This document shows, in pieces, positions 18,067-25,757 of a stretch of DNA of 60,487 bases. This DNA comes from a virus (taxonomy: Duplodnaviria; Heunggongvirae; Uroviricota; Caudoviricetes). The stretch lies in IMG/VR virus record IMGVR_UViG_3300018481_000002, positions 87,199-147,685 of that record. One strand, written 5' to 3'. The notes under the pieces are model-generated. The model searched no databases, was not told the origin of the DNA, and worked only from the letters and a program-made list of their open reading frames with translations. The translations under genes and the position numbers were made by a program. Every line of letters starts with the position of its first letter. Position 1 is the stretch's first letter.

Positions 18067-18606
18067 ATGTCCTATGGACGTAACTTCGGTATGCGGAGCT
18101 TCGAGAACGTCGTTCGCGATGCTCGTTCCCGAGTTCCGGCCACCGGCACCCCGTTCATCATCGGGGCTCCGGTCATGCTTGACGCCGCCAACCCAGGTCG
18201 CCTGAAGGCGGCCACGGAGGCCGCAGCCCCTAACCAGGGCTGTGGAATCGTGGTGTTCGAGCACATCCAGAACAAGTCGGACGCTCTGGTGACGAACCAC
18301 GACGACCCCTATGACAAGGTGCCTCTGGGTGTTTACGCCCAGATGATGCACGGCAAGGGGGCCAAGGTGTGGTTCAAGAACACCGCTTCGGTGACGCTGT
18401 ATGACGGTCGAGTTCGGGCCGCTTTCAGCTTCATCGTGGACACCATCGCTACCACCATGATCGGTAAGGGCCTGGTCCCTGATGGTGCTGGCAAGTGGCG
18501 TCTGACGGATGACAGTGCAACCGCTGACGTTGGAGGTGTTCGATGGCTGACTGTCGAACAGGCCAACCCGACTACGGGCCTCGTTGAAGCCCGCTTTGAG
18601 TTCTGA
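18067..18606 (+). CDS. Capsid decoration/cement-like protein
   Basis: 179 aa, beta-rich, between scaffold and MCP; GGAGG RBS. Confidence 0.65.
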   Translation: MSYGRNFGMRSFENVVRDARSRVPATGTPFIIGAPVMLDAANPGRLKAATEAAAPNQGCGIVVFEHIQNKSDALVTNHDDPYDKVPLGVYAQMMHGKGAKVWFKNTASVTLYDGRVRAAFSFIVDTIATTMIGKGLVPDGAGKWRLTDDSATADVGGVRWLTVEQANPTTGLVEARFEF

Positions 18607-18617
18607 GAGGAGGAGTC

Positions 18618-19544
18618 ATGAGTACTGATGTGAAGAAGATGGTTGACTCCTTCGGACGGACCAAGGAGGAGAACAAGGACCGCCTCGCGATCATGGAGGC
18701 GGCCAACGAGGAGGCTCGGGAGCACTGGGATGACCCCCAGTACCGCGCCGAGTTCGCTGCGGACCTGACGGAGTCGATCCTTGAGGGGTTCGACTACGAG
18801 ACGCTTGTCGATCAGTGGATCGAGACTGAGCGCACCGACTTCAACGGACGAATCTTCATCCGTGAGGCTGGCGGTCTCAAGGCGTTCTTCATGGCCCGTG
18901 GTGGCTACATCGAGGCGTCCGAGCTGACTGCTGAGCTGTCCGAGGTTCCTCGCGACATGCTCGGTGTTCACGTGTGGGAGTTCGAGGACAAGTTCCTCAC
19001 GAACTTCGCCGAGTCTGCTCAGACTCTTCGTGATCTCTCGATTCGCCGGATGGACGCGGAAGTTAACCGCCGCATCCACACGGTCTTGAAGGAGGCCCTC
19101 GCGGCTTCCTACACGACCACGGCTGCTGGTATCTCGCAGGCTGCGGTTGACGCCGCCATCGCGCGCGTCCAGGACGAGTCGGAGTCTGGCGAGGTGGTCA
19201 TCGTTGGCCGCCCGACCGTTGTGAACAAGCTGGCTGGCTTCACTGGTTTCGGCAACGAGACTCTTGAGGAGATCCGGCGCAAGGGCATGTTCGGCGTCTA
19301 CCACGGCGCTTCGATCATCACCCTGAAGAACTTCAAGGACGAGGATGGAGTCGCTTACATCCCGAACAACGAGCTGTGGATCATGGCTCGCGACACGGGC
19401 AAGTTCGCGTTCTTCGGCGGCCTGAAGAGCAAGGAATTCATGGAGCTTGACAACTGGTACTGGCACTACCTCGCGCGGCGGGACACCGGCATCATGGTGC
19501 ACCACCCCGAGCGTGCCCACCTGCTGATCGACTCCAGCATCTGA
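18618..19544 (+). CDS. Major capsid protein
   Basis: 308 aa, strong codon bias, GAGGAGG RBS, followed by a strong terminator. Confidence 0.85.
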   Translation: MSTDVKKMVDSFGRTKEENKDRLAIMEAANEEAREHWDDPQYRAEFAADLTESILEGFDYETLVDQWIETERTDFNGRIFIREAGGLKAFFMARGGYIEASELTAELSEVPRDMLGVHVWEFEDKFLTNFAESAQTLRDLSIRRMDAEVNRRIHTVLKEALAASYTTTAAGISQAAVDAAIARVQDESESGEVVIVGRPTVVNKLAGFTGFGNETLEEIRRKGMFGVYHGASIITLKNFKDEDGVAYIPNNELWIMARDTGKFAFFGGLKSKEFMELDNWYWHYLARRDTGIMVHHPERAHLLIDSSI

Positions 19545-19564
19545 GGCTAATCCCCTCGGCATGA

Positions 19565-19601
19565 GAAAGGCCCCCGGTCCTCACGGATCGGGGGCCTTTT
19601 C
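19565..19601. terminator. Bidirectional terminator (MCP operon and leftward GGY-NN array)
   Basis: GAAAGGCCCCCGG...CGGGGGCCTTTT. Confidence 0.85.
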
Positions 19602-19641
19602 CTTGCGCTACCGTTCGCACGCCTCTTGGGCTACCGAACGC

Positions 19642-19733
19642 ACACCTTGCCCTACCTAGCCAGGCCGAACCCGGCCCTGCCTAGCACTGCCTTGCCCAAC
19701 CTAGCCATTGCCTAGCCTGGACTTGCCGAGACC
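19642..19733 (-). ncRNA. GGY-NN pentamer array D (candidate guide RNA)
   Basis: Minus strand: ggtct(c) ggcaa gtcca ggcta ggcaa(t) ggcta ggttg ggcaa ggcag tgcta ggcag ggccg ggttc ggcct ggcta ggtag ggcaa ggtgt. Confidence 0.8.
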
Positions 19734-19736
19734 GAC

Positions 19737-19780
19737 AGAGTATCGAACACTTGAACGAAGGCCAAGTGTCGGGGTACTGT
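19737..19780. promoter_or_regulatory. Divergent overlapping promoters with an SOS-like box
   Basis: Plus: TTGAAC(19751)-18-TACTGT; minus: TTGGCC(19765)-17-TACTCT; box TCGAACACTTGAACGA at 19743-19758. Confidence 0.7.
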
Positions 19781-19785
19781 TCCTT

Positions 19786-19905
19786 CGCTTGGCGTAGCTA
19801 GGCGGGGCTTGGCAGGGCCTGGCACCGCATGGCTTGGCAGAACAAGGCTCGGCCTGGAGGGGCTCGGCTAGGCCCGGCAGGGTGGGGCAAGGCTAGGCAG
19901 GGTAT
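19786..19905 (+). ncRNA. GGY-NN pentamer array A (candidate guide RNA)
   Basis: 24 units in perfect 5-nt register; 19/24 start with GGY and 23/24 have a pyrimidine at position 3. Confidence 0.85.
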
Positions 19906-19919
19906 AACTAGATCAGCGA

Positions 19920-19996
<77 letters not shown>

Positions 19997-20002
19997 AGAC
20001 GA

Positions 20003-20047
20003 GGCGAGGCCGGGCAGGGCCTGGCACCGTGGGGCACGGCAAGGCAG
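20003..20047 (+). ncRNA. GGY-NN pentamer array B (candidate guide RNA)
   Basis: ggcga ggccg ggcag ggcct ggcac cgtgg ggcac ggcaa ggcag, starting 6 nt after the tRNA CCA. Confidence 0.75.
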
Positions 20048-20107
20048 GGGTTCCCCACCCGCCCTAACAGACGACGCTCCTATCTCGACTACCTAGTAGG
20101 AGGCGAC

Positions 20108-20314
20108 ATGAGGGGACTCTTCCCTGAGAAGGACCTGCCCAGAGCGTTGGGTGTGAAGGTCTTCGGTGAGCCCAAGGCGCAGGCTCAGATCAACAGCCCG
20201 GACAAGGCGGGTCCGACCATCGCCAGGGACAAGACGTGCTGGTGTGGCCGTCCGTATCCGCATGACTGGCTGGGCCAGGAGGACGGTGCCGCGCATCCGA
20301 GGTACCCGGACTGA
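20108..20314 (+). CDS. Small hypothetical protein (CWC...H motif)
   Basis: GGAGG RBS; 68 aa. Confidence 0.7.
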   Translation: MRGLFPEKDLPRALGVKVFGEPKAQAQINSPDKAGPTIARDKTCWCGRPYPHDWLGQEDGAAHPRYPD

Positions 20315-20320
20315 TTTCCC

Positions 20321-20358
20321 TCGAACACTTGCACGAGGTGGTTTGTAGCGTCTACAGT
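20321..20358 (+). promoter_or_regulatory. Promoter with an SOS-like box upstream of array C and the RAMP gene
   Basis: TCGAACACTTGCACGA overlapping TTGCAC-18-TACAGT. Confidence 0.7.
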
Positions 20359-20369
20359 GCACACACCAT

Positions 20370-20431
20370 GGCATGGCAGAGGCTCGGCTAAGCGCGGCAC
20401 TGCACGGCCAGGCAGAGGCACGGCAAGGCAA
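20370..20431 (+). ncRNA. GGY-NN pentamer array C (in the 5' leader of the RAMP gene)
   Basis: ggcat ggcag(a) ggctc ggcta agcgc ggcac tgcac ggcca ggcag(a) ggcac ggcaa ggcaa. Confidence 0.8.
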
Positions 20432-20462
20432 CAACCACACATGAAGCCATTGGAGGCTCAAC

Positions 20463-21044
20463 TTGAAGGTAACCATCGAGATTGACGGCACCCAGCCGCT
20501 TCTCATGCACGCAGACACCCTCGCGGACCCGCTGGACCCGCTGACCAAGGAGTTCAAGCGACTCTCCGGGAAGCGGTCCAAGACCGACGAGGACCACGAG
20601 GCCATGGCGGAGAAGGAGTTCCTCGCCAGCCTCTACCTCGATGACGGCGGCGAGATCTGCATCCCCGCAGCCAACATCAAGAAGTGCCTCATCGAGGGAG
20701 GCCGCATCACCAAGTCCGGGGCCAAGATCGAACGTGGCCTCACGCTCCTGGGCATCGACTTCGTCCTGAAGCACACCGGTCCGGCACTCCCGGCTGACCT
20801 GTACCAGGACCCGAAGTTCGTGGACAGGCGTTCCGTGAAGGTCGGCACCGCCCGCACCATGCGTGTCCGTCCCCGCTTCAACGACTGGTCCCTGCGAGTG
20901 GAGTGCGACATCGACCCCGCCGTGTGTTCCATCGATGACCTGAAGGACATCGCGACCAACGCCGGTTCCCTGGTGGGTCTCGGTGACCACCGCAAGATCG
21001 GCGGATACGGACGTTTCGTGGCGAAGGTGAGGAAGAACCCGTGA
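20463..21044 (+). CDS. Stand-alone RAMP / Cas7-like RNA-binding protein
   Basis: Beta1 VTIEIDGTQPLLMH, IPAANIKKCL helix and Gly-rich loop GLGDHRKIGGYGRF; GGAGG RBS, TTG start. Confidence 0.85.
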   Translation: MKVTIEIDGTQPLLMHADTLADPLDPLTKEFKRLSGKRSKTDEDHEAMAEKEFLASLYLDDGGEICIPAANIKKCLIEGGRITKSGAKIERGLTLLGIDFVLKHTGPALPADLYQDPKFVDRRSVKVGTARTMRVRPRFNDWSLRVECDIDPAVCSIDDLKDIATNAGSLVGLGDHRKIGGYGRFVAKVRKNP

Positions 21045-21553
21045 GGCCGTTCGCGCCGAAGGGTGAGCAGCCTGAGTGGCGGATGCTCTACGACCTGGTT
21101 ACGGGTTCGGCTGTAGACACGGTGTTCCCGTACGACGACTTCGACCGGGCGCTTGGTCGGGACTTCCGGGAGAACCGGACCCCCCTGGCCCGTGTACAGA
21201 AGGAACTCCTGCGGGAGGACAAGCGGGTCCTGGTCAACGTACGCGGCGTCGGGTACCGGATCGCTCAGGCTCGGGAGCACGGCGAACTGGCTGTGGGTCA
21301 GCGGCAGCGTGCCCGTCGTGCCGTGGACAAGGGTGTTCAGATCGTTGCTGGCGCTGACCAGTCCTCTCTGACCCCGAAGGAACGGCAGCGGCTGACGGAG
21401 ATCGAGGTCAACCTGCGTGCTCAGGCGAACATGCTTCGCCGGACTGAGGCTCGGGTGGCCGTTTTGGAGAAGTCCGCGAAGCATTCGGACGACCGTCTGG
21501 ACATGCTGCTGGCTGAACTGAAGCGGAAGGGCTTGGTCGAGACGATCGACTAA
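21041..21553 (+). CDS. Winged-helix-like plus coiled-coil protein coupled to the RAMP gene
   Basis: GTGA overlap; wing motif NVRGVGYRI; C-terminal heptads. Confidence 0.75.
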   Translation: MRPFAPKGEQPEWRMLYDLVTGSAVDTVFPYDDFDRALGRDFRENRTPLARVQKELLREDKRVLVNVRGVGYRIAQAREHGELAVGQRQRARRAVDKGVQIVAGADQSSLTPKERQRLTEIEVNLRAQANMLRRTEARVAVLEKSAKHSDDRLDMLLAELKRKGLVETID

Positions 21554-21562
21554 CCTGAGACC

Positions 21563-21656
21563 GAGGGTCTGTGCCCACGGCAGTAGACGGAACCCGAGCT
21601 TGCTACGGTCTTGCTCGGTGTCCGCTGCCGGGGGGCTCACGTGGGCACAGACCCTC
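21563..21656 (+). ncRNA. Long stem-loop RNA candidate
   Basis: Perfect 17-bp inverted repeat GAGGGTCTGTGCCCACG/CGTGGGCACAGACCCTC enclosing further nested stems. Confidence 0.55.
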
Positions 21657-21660
21657 ACTC

Positions 21661-21739
21661 GGGGCAGGATGGGTTCGACAGCGACGTAAGTCCGCATGCG
21701 GGACGCCGCTGGACCAGGGTTCGACTCCCTGCTGCTCCA
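21661..21739 (+). ncRNA. Minimal tmRNA-like RNA (tRNA-like domain only)
   Basis: 5' GGGGCAG-GATGGGTTCGAC; 3' GAC-CAGGG-TTCGACT-CCCTG-CTGCTCC-A; G3:U70 pair; no tag ORF or pseudoknots. Confidence 0.8.
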
Positions 21740-21895
21740 CGGGAGGAGATGCCCGAGAAGGAACCTGGTGTCCAGTCTGGGTCGCTCCCACGCTGAAACA
21801 CGCTGAACCAGGATCCATCCAGAGGGAAAGGCGCAGGTTCTAGACTCCCTGTGCTGGATACGCTGGGGGTCTACTGGCCAGCTCTCCTCTCTCCT

Positions 21896-21968
21896 GCGCC
21901 TTTAGCTCAATTGGTAGAGCAGCTGGCTCTTAACCAGCGTGTTCGGGGTTCGAGTCCCCGAAGGCGTA
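21896..21968 (+). tRNA. tRNA-Lys (CTT)
   Basis: Canonical cloverleaf; anticodon loop CTCTTAA. Confidence 0.95.
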
Positions 21969-21969
21969 C

Positions 21970-22104
21970 GTGAACGAAATCCAGAAGTTTTGGCATCGAT
22001 GGTTCGGGATCGGATGGCCCGACCCTGAGGACATCCACGCCTTGGAACGTGACCTAAGATCCGTTGCCTGGCCAGAAGACGACGACCAGAGGCCCACCGA
22101 CTGA
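21970..22104 (+). CDS. Possible small protein (44 aa)
   Basis: Read manually: MNEIQKFWHRWFGIGWPDPED...; no clear RBS. Confidence 0.35.
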   Translation: MNEIQKFWHRWFGIGWPDPEDIHALERDLRSVAWPEDDDQRPTD

Positions 22105-22116
22105 ACGGAGTCACTC

Positions 22117-22524
22117 ATGGGCTCCGTACTTGTATCCAGCACTTGTCACTACTGCGGGGACAAGGCCACCACTGACGACCACGTGGTTCCCCGGTCCCTG
22201 CTGCCCAAGCCCCAGTCCCTCCTGCCGTACTGGTTCCGCGCCATGAACGTAGTCCCGGCCTGCGCCCCCTGTAACGGTGCCAAGGCCAACCACCGCTCCG
22301 ACTGCCACTGCACCCAGTGCGTACGCGCCTGGGGCTCCGCTGCCGCGCTCTACGGCATCGTTGAGCCTGAGCCGGTGTCCGTGTTGGAACTGCGCCGCGA
22401 ACTGGTCCGTGTGCAGAACCGCAACCGCAAGCGGCAGCGAAACAACGAGAGCAGACGAAGGCGTGTGCGCGAGGAATACAAGAGACGGTTCGGGTCCTAC
22501 CCGCCCTCTCGCGCGCGCCAGTAG
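22117..22524 (+). CDS. HNH endonuclease
   Basis: CHYC...DHVVP...NVVPACAPCNGAK; the 3' end overlaps tRNA-Arg. Confidence 0.88.
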   Translation: MGSVLVSSTCHYCGDKATTDDHVVPRSLLPKPQSLLPYWFRAMNVVPACAPCNGAKANHRSDCHCTQCVRAWGSAAALYGIVEPEPVSVLELRRELVRVQNRNRKRQRNNESRRRRVREEYKRRFGSYPPSRARQ

Positions 22525-22587
22525 CTCAGCGGACAGAGCAACCGCCTTCTAAGCGGATGGTCGCGGGTTCAATCCCCGCCTGGCGTA
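22515..22587 (+). tRNA. tRNA-Arg (TCT)
   Basis: Canonical cloverleaf; anticodon loop CTTCTAA. Confidence 0.93.
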
Positions 22588-22793
22588 CCTCCGGGCTCGA
22601 TCATCACAGACTCCCAACGACCTGCCTTGATCAGCCCTACCCGTCGCTTGCGGATCTCTCCCTCTTCGTTCTCGTACTCCTCTGTGAGCACGATGTTGCC
22701 GTCCTCGTCTTCGCGCCAACCATCGGCCTCACCGAAGACGTCGATGGCCCCTTCGCTCAGATCGTTCGCTGTGTAGCGCACCCGGACTCCCAT
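22569..22793 (-). CDS. Small acidic hypothetical protein
   Basis: 74-aa ORF convergent on tRNA-Arg. Confidence 0.6.
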   Translation of the reverse strand: MGVRVRYTANDLSEGAIDVFGEADGWREDEDGNIVLTEEYENEEGEIRKRRVGLIKAGRWESVMIEPGGTPGGD

Positions 22794-22914
22794 GCCCGAG
22801 GTATCGGCGATTCATTCAGACGGATGTTGGAACCGAAGTTCTCCTGGAACAGGAAAAGTACGTGCACACCTTCCCCGGTGCACGTCAGGGATACGCCAGG
22901 AACAGGAGCAGGAA

Positions 22915-23502
22915 ATGTCTGGATCGATCACCCAGGAAGACAGGGACTTTGTCGAGACCTGGGAGCACATCTCCCCCCAGCAGTGGGGGATCATCCGCTT
23001 CGATGCCCGTGGAGACGAGCGTCCAGAAGTGATCAGTGGTCGTCAGACCTTCAAGATCACCTCGGAGGAGCGCATCGTCACGCAGGACCGGATCCGGCAG
23101 TCTGTGAACGACCCCTTCTTGAACGGGTCGTTCCGACCGGTTGTGGTGCCTGACTCGGTCACCGTGGAGTCCAACCCGAACGCTCTCTCCGATGAGGAGA
23201 TCGTCAGGATCCTCACTGCCAGCGATGTCGCCTGGGAGCAGTGGATGGACACCATCGACTCGGTCGCGACGGTACGCCGGATGATCGACCTCGCTGACGA
23301 CAACGACGACGTGTCAACGAAGCGGTATCGAGAGCTTGAGCGGAAGCTGGAAGCTGTCCGTGGCCGTGTGCAGATCTCCACCAACGACCCGGCGTTGAAG
23401 AGTTTCCTCAGCGACCGCCCGTCGTTGCAGGAGAACAACGCCACGGCTAGCGGCGGAGCGAACCCCCGCCGTCGTGGTGGTCTGTCGTCGGACTACCGCT
23501 GA
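22915..23502 (+). CDS. Virion morphogenesis hypothetical protein
   Basis: AGGAG RBS; first gene of the head-tail joining block. Confidence 0.7.
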   Translation: MSGSITQEDRDFVETWEHISPQQWGIIRFDARGDERPEVISGRQTFKITSEERIVTQDRIRQSVNDPFLNGSFRPVVVPDSVTVESNPNALSDEEIVRILTASDVAWEQWMDTIDSVATVRRMIDLADDNDDVSTKRYRELERKLEAVRGRVQISTNDPALKSFLSDRPSLQENNATASGGANPRRRGGLSSDYR

Positions 23503-23556
23503 GCGAATCGAGGCGTGCCTCCCGCCGATGCCTACTTGACCCGAGGAGGAAAACAG

Positions 23557-24069
23557 ATGGCCGTCGAACTGTCTGACGATCAGTACATCCTTTCCCTGAA
23601 GAGGGAAGTAACCCCTCTTGGGTCTACTTTGTATGGCGCGGTTGCTGACGACGACTGGGTCGGGTACCTGACTGACGCGTTCTGGGAGGCGCGCCTCGAT
23701 GGCTTCATGGAGAACTACTCTGCTGACGAAGATGGCACGATTGAGAGTACGGATGGCGGCTCTGATTTGGACCGCAAGTACGTCGCACTCATCGTCCTCT
23801 ACGCAGGAATCAGGGTCCTCCGAAACCAGATCCTGAACATGAACACCGGCTTCCGTGCGAAGGCTGGGCCGGTGGAGTTCGAGCAGGAGAACTCGGCAAC
23901 GATGCTGGCTGAGATGTTGAAGCAGCTTCGTCTGATGAAGGACCGGCTCCTGGAGGAGTTGGAAGATGCTGAGGCTGGCACCAGCACTCTCGCTCTGGAC
24001 GCGTTGAGTACGCGCATCCTGTACCCGGCGTCGTACTGGGGTTCGCCCGAACTCACTGCGGGGTGGTAA
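23557..24069 (+). CDS. Head-tail adaptor/connector (putative)
   Basis: GAGGAGG RBS; helical 170 aa; synteny-based. Confidence 0.65.
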   Translation: MAVELSDDQYILSLKREVTPLGSTLYGAVADDDWVGYLTDAFWEARLDGFMENYSADEDGTIESTDGGSDLDRKYVALIVLYAGIRVLRNQILNMNTGFRAKAGPVEFEQENSATMLAEMLKQLRLMKDRLLEELEDAEAGTSTLALDALSTRILYPASYWGSPELTAGW

Positions 24070-24072
24070 CGC

Positions 24073-24561
24073 ATGGCCGAGCCGAACCCGAGCCTTGGCT
24101 ACAGCGTCGCCTTCGATGGTGACGGCTTCCGGAACGCGATCCGCTTCGCCATGCAGATGGGTCTGAACCCGGATCCTGACAGGCGTCCGATCTTCATCAT
24201 GAAGAGCACTGGGCGTACCTACTGGAAGAACAACGTGCAGCTGATGACAGCTCCACGTGTGGATAGAGACGGGCGACCCTTCGACCCGGATGTCGAGGTT
24301 CGCAAGGAAGAAGATCAGCAGATCTCGGTGGACTGTGCCATCGAGATCGAACGAGCAGAGGCCGAGGAGTTGCCGGTAGGCACGTTCAGGCCAACTCGAC
24401 TCGTGGCGACCCTCCTTGACCAGCAGTACGTGTTGGTCAAGGACTGCCGCGAGCTGATCTACAACGGTGACCGTTACCTCTACGCCTATGAGCCGGAGAG
24501 CAACGGTCTGTTCGACGTGGGGGTCTACACAATGGTCTTCTACGTCAAGGAAGAGACCTGA
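24073..24561 (+). CDS. Head closure/stopper protein (putative)
   Basis: Beta-rich 162 aa following the adaptor; synteny-based. Confidence 0.6.
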   Translation: MAEPNPSLGYSVAFDGDGFRNAIRFAMQMGLNPDPDRRPIFIMKSTGRTYWKNNVQLMTAPRVDRDGRPFDPDVEVRKEEDQQISVDCAIEIERAEAEELPVGTFRPTRLVATLLDQQYVLVKDCRELIYNGDRYLYAYEPESNGLFDVGVYTMVFYVKEET

Positions 24562-24562
24562 G

Positions 24563-25111
24563 ATGGTGATGTTGAGCCAGAACAAGTGGGGCTGTATCAC
24601 GAACGCCGACTCCAACATGCTGCGTTGGTGGACCATCGGCCCGGTGCAGCTTCAGCTTCGTACGGGCCCGGCTGGGTTCGTCTTGGCGCATCAGGCGTTG
24701 TGGTTCCACGAGGAGATCGAGCGCCTGTGGCCGCAGATGATGCCGGATCACGACGACCACGGCTGGGGGCAGCGGTACATCGGCAGCACGAACGTTCCCA
24801 GCAACCACTGGTCAGCGACCGCCATGGATTTGAACGCCCGTCTGCATCCTCAGGGCCAGGAGCCAGAGGATGCCTTCACGTCCAAGCAGGTCAAGTGGAT
24901 CCGCACGCGCATGGAGACCAAGTACGACGGGATCATGAAGTGGGGTGGGGACTTCACCACGACTCCTGACCCGATGCACTACGAGTTGCGGGACAAGACT
25001 GACTACCCGGCGAGCAAGGTCCGCGAGGTTGCTCTTGAGTGTGTGCAGACGCCTGTCGGAAAGCGGCTGATCAAGCAGCAGTCCAAGCCTGTGTTGTGGG
25101 AGAAGTGGTGA
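24563..25111 (+). CDS. M15-family Zn peptidase (endolysin catalytic domain)
   Basis: SNHWSATAMDLNARLHP and WGGDF...DPMHYE motifs. Confidence 0.85.
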   Translation: MVMLSQNKWGCITNADSNMLRWWTIGPVQLQLRTGPAGFVLAHQALWFHEEIERLWPQMMPDHDDHGWGQRYIGSTNVPSNHWSATAMDLNARLHPQGQEPEDAFTSKQVKWIRTRMETKYDGIMKWGGDFTTTPDPMHYELRDKTDYPASKVREVALECVQTPVGKRLIKQQSKPVLWEKW

Positions 25112-25115
25112 AGAA

Positions 25116-25757
25116 GTGACCTACGTTCGTCACCGCGACCGCATGGTCCAGGAGTCCGTCTTCGATGACCTCCGGAACACGCTGATCGCCTGCCGGTGGA
25201 TGTCTGGGACAACCAGCCGTGAAGTGATCGACCCCTACGACGTGGGTGGTGGATGGCAGATCGTCACCACCACCAGCTCCGAGGTGCTGCGCCTACTCGG
25301 TACTCGCGAGGATGGCACCACCCTGGCTGAGGTGGTTTTGATCGACTACTTCCCCGAGACCAGCGGCAACACCGACGAAGCTGGCGGTAGCCGTAAGACA
25401 GAACTGAACACGCTCGCTGTTGATACGGGCGTACCGGGTGACGCGGTCCCCATCGAACTGGGTTCCAACCTGGTGGAGCAGCCCTACACGTTCTCCTTCG
25501 CCCTGTACGCCGCCTCCGATGCTGTGGCGTTGGCCCTGATGAACGACCTCAGGGACCGGTATTCGGGGAAGCTGGTCAGCGACGACAACCTGAACTTGCT
25601 GAACTTCAACGACCCCTCCTTCGATGCGGACACTCCACCGGTCTACCGGATGGAGATCGATGCGTTCAGGTACGCCAGGAACGCCGAGATGGCTACGCCG
25701 TGGGATGTGAACCTCTACTTCGCTGAGCTTGAGCTCATGGATGTGGTTGACCCCTGA
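25116..25757 (+). CDS. Tail terminator-like neck protein (putative)
   Basis: 213 aa in the neck block; synteny-based. Confidence 0.55.
   Translation: MTYVRHRDRMVQESVFDDLRNTLIACRWMSGTTSREVIDPYDVGGGWQIVTTTSSEVLRLLGTREDGTTLAEVVLIDYFPETSGNTDEAGGSRKTELNTLAVDTGVPGDAVPIELGSNLVEQPYTFSFALYAASDAVALALMNDLRDRYSGKLVSDDNLNLLNFNDPSFDADTPPVYRMEIDAFRYARNAEMATPWDVNLYFAELELMDVVDP

Noticed and set aside
20381-20400. Ungapped NN string tc-ta-gc-ac of array C matches TCTAGCAC at 29830 and 30754
   Set aside because: An 8-mer is expected about once or twice by chance in 120 kb of both strands, and the flanking NN do not extend the match
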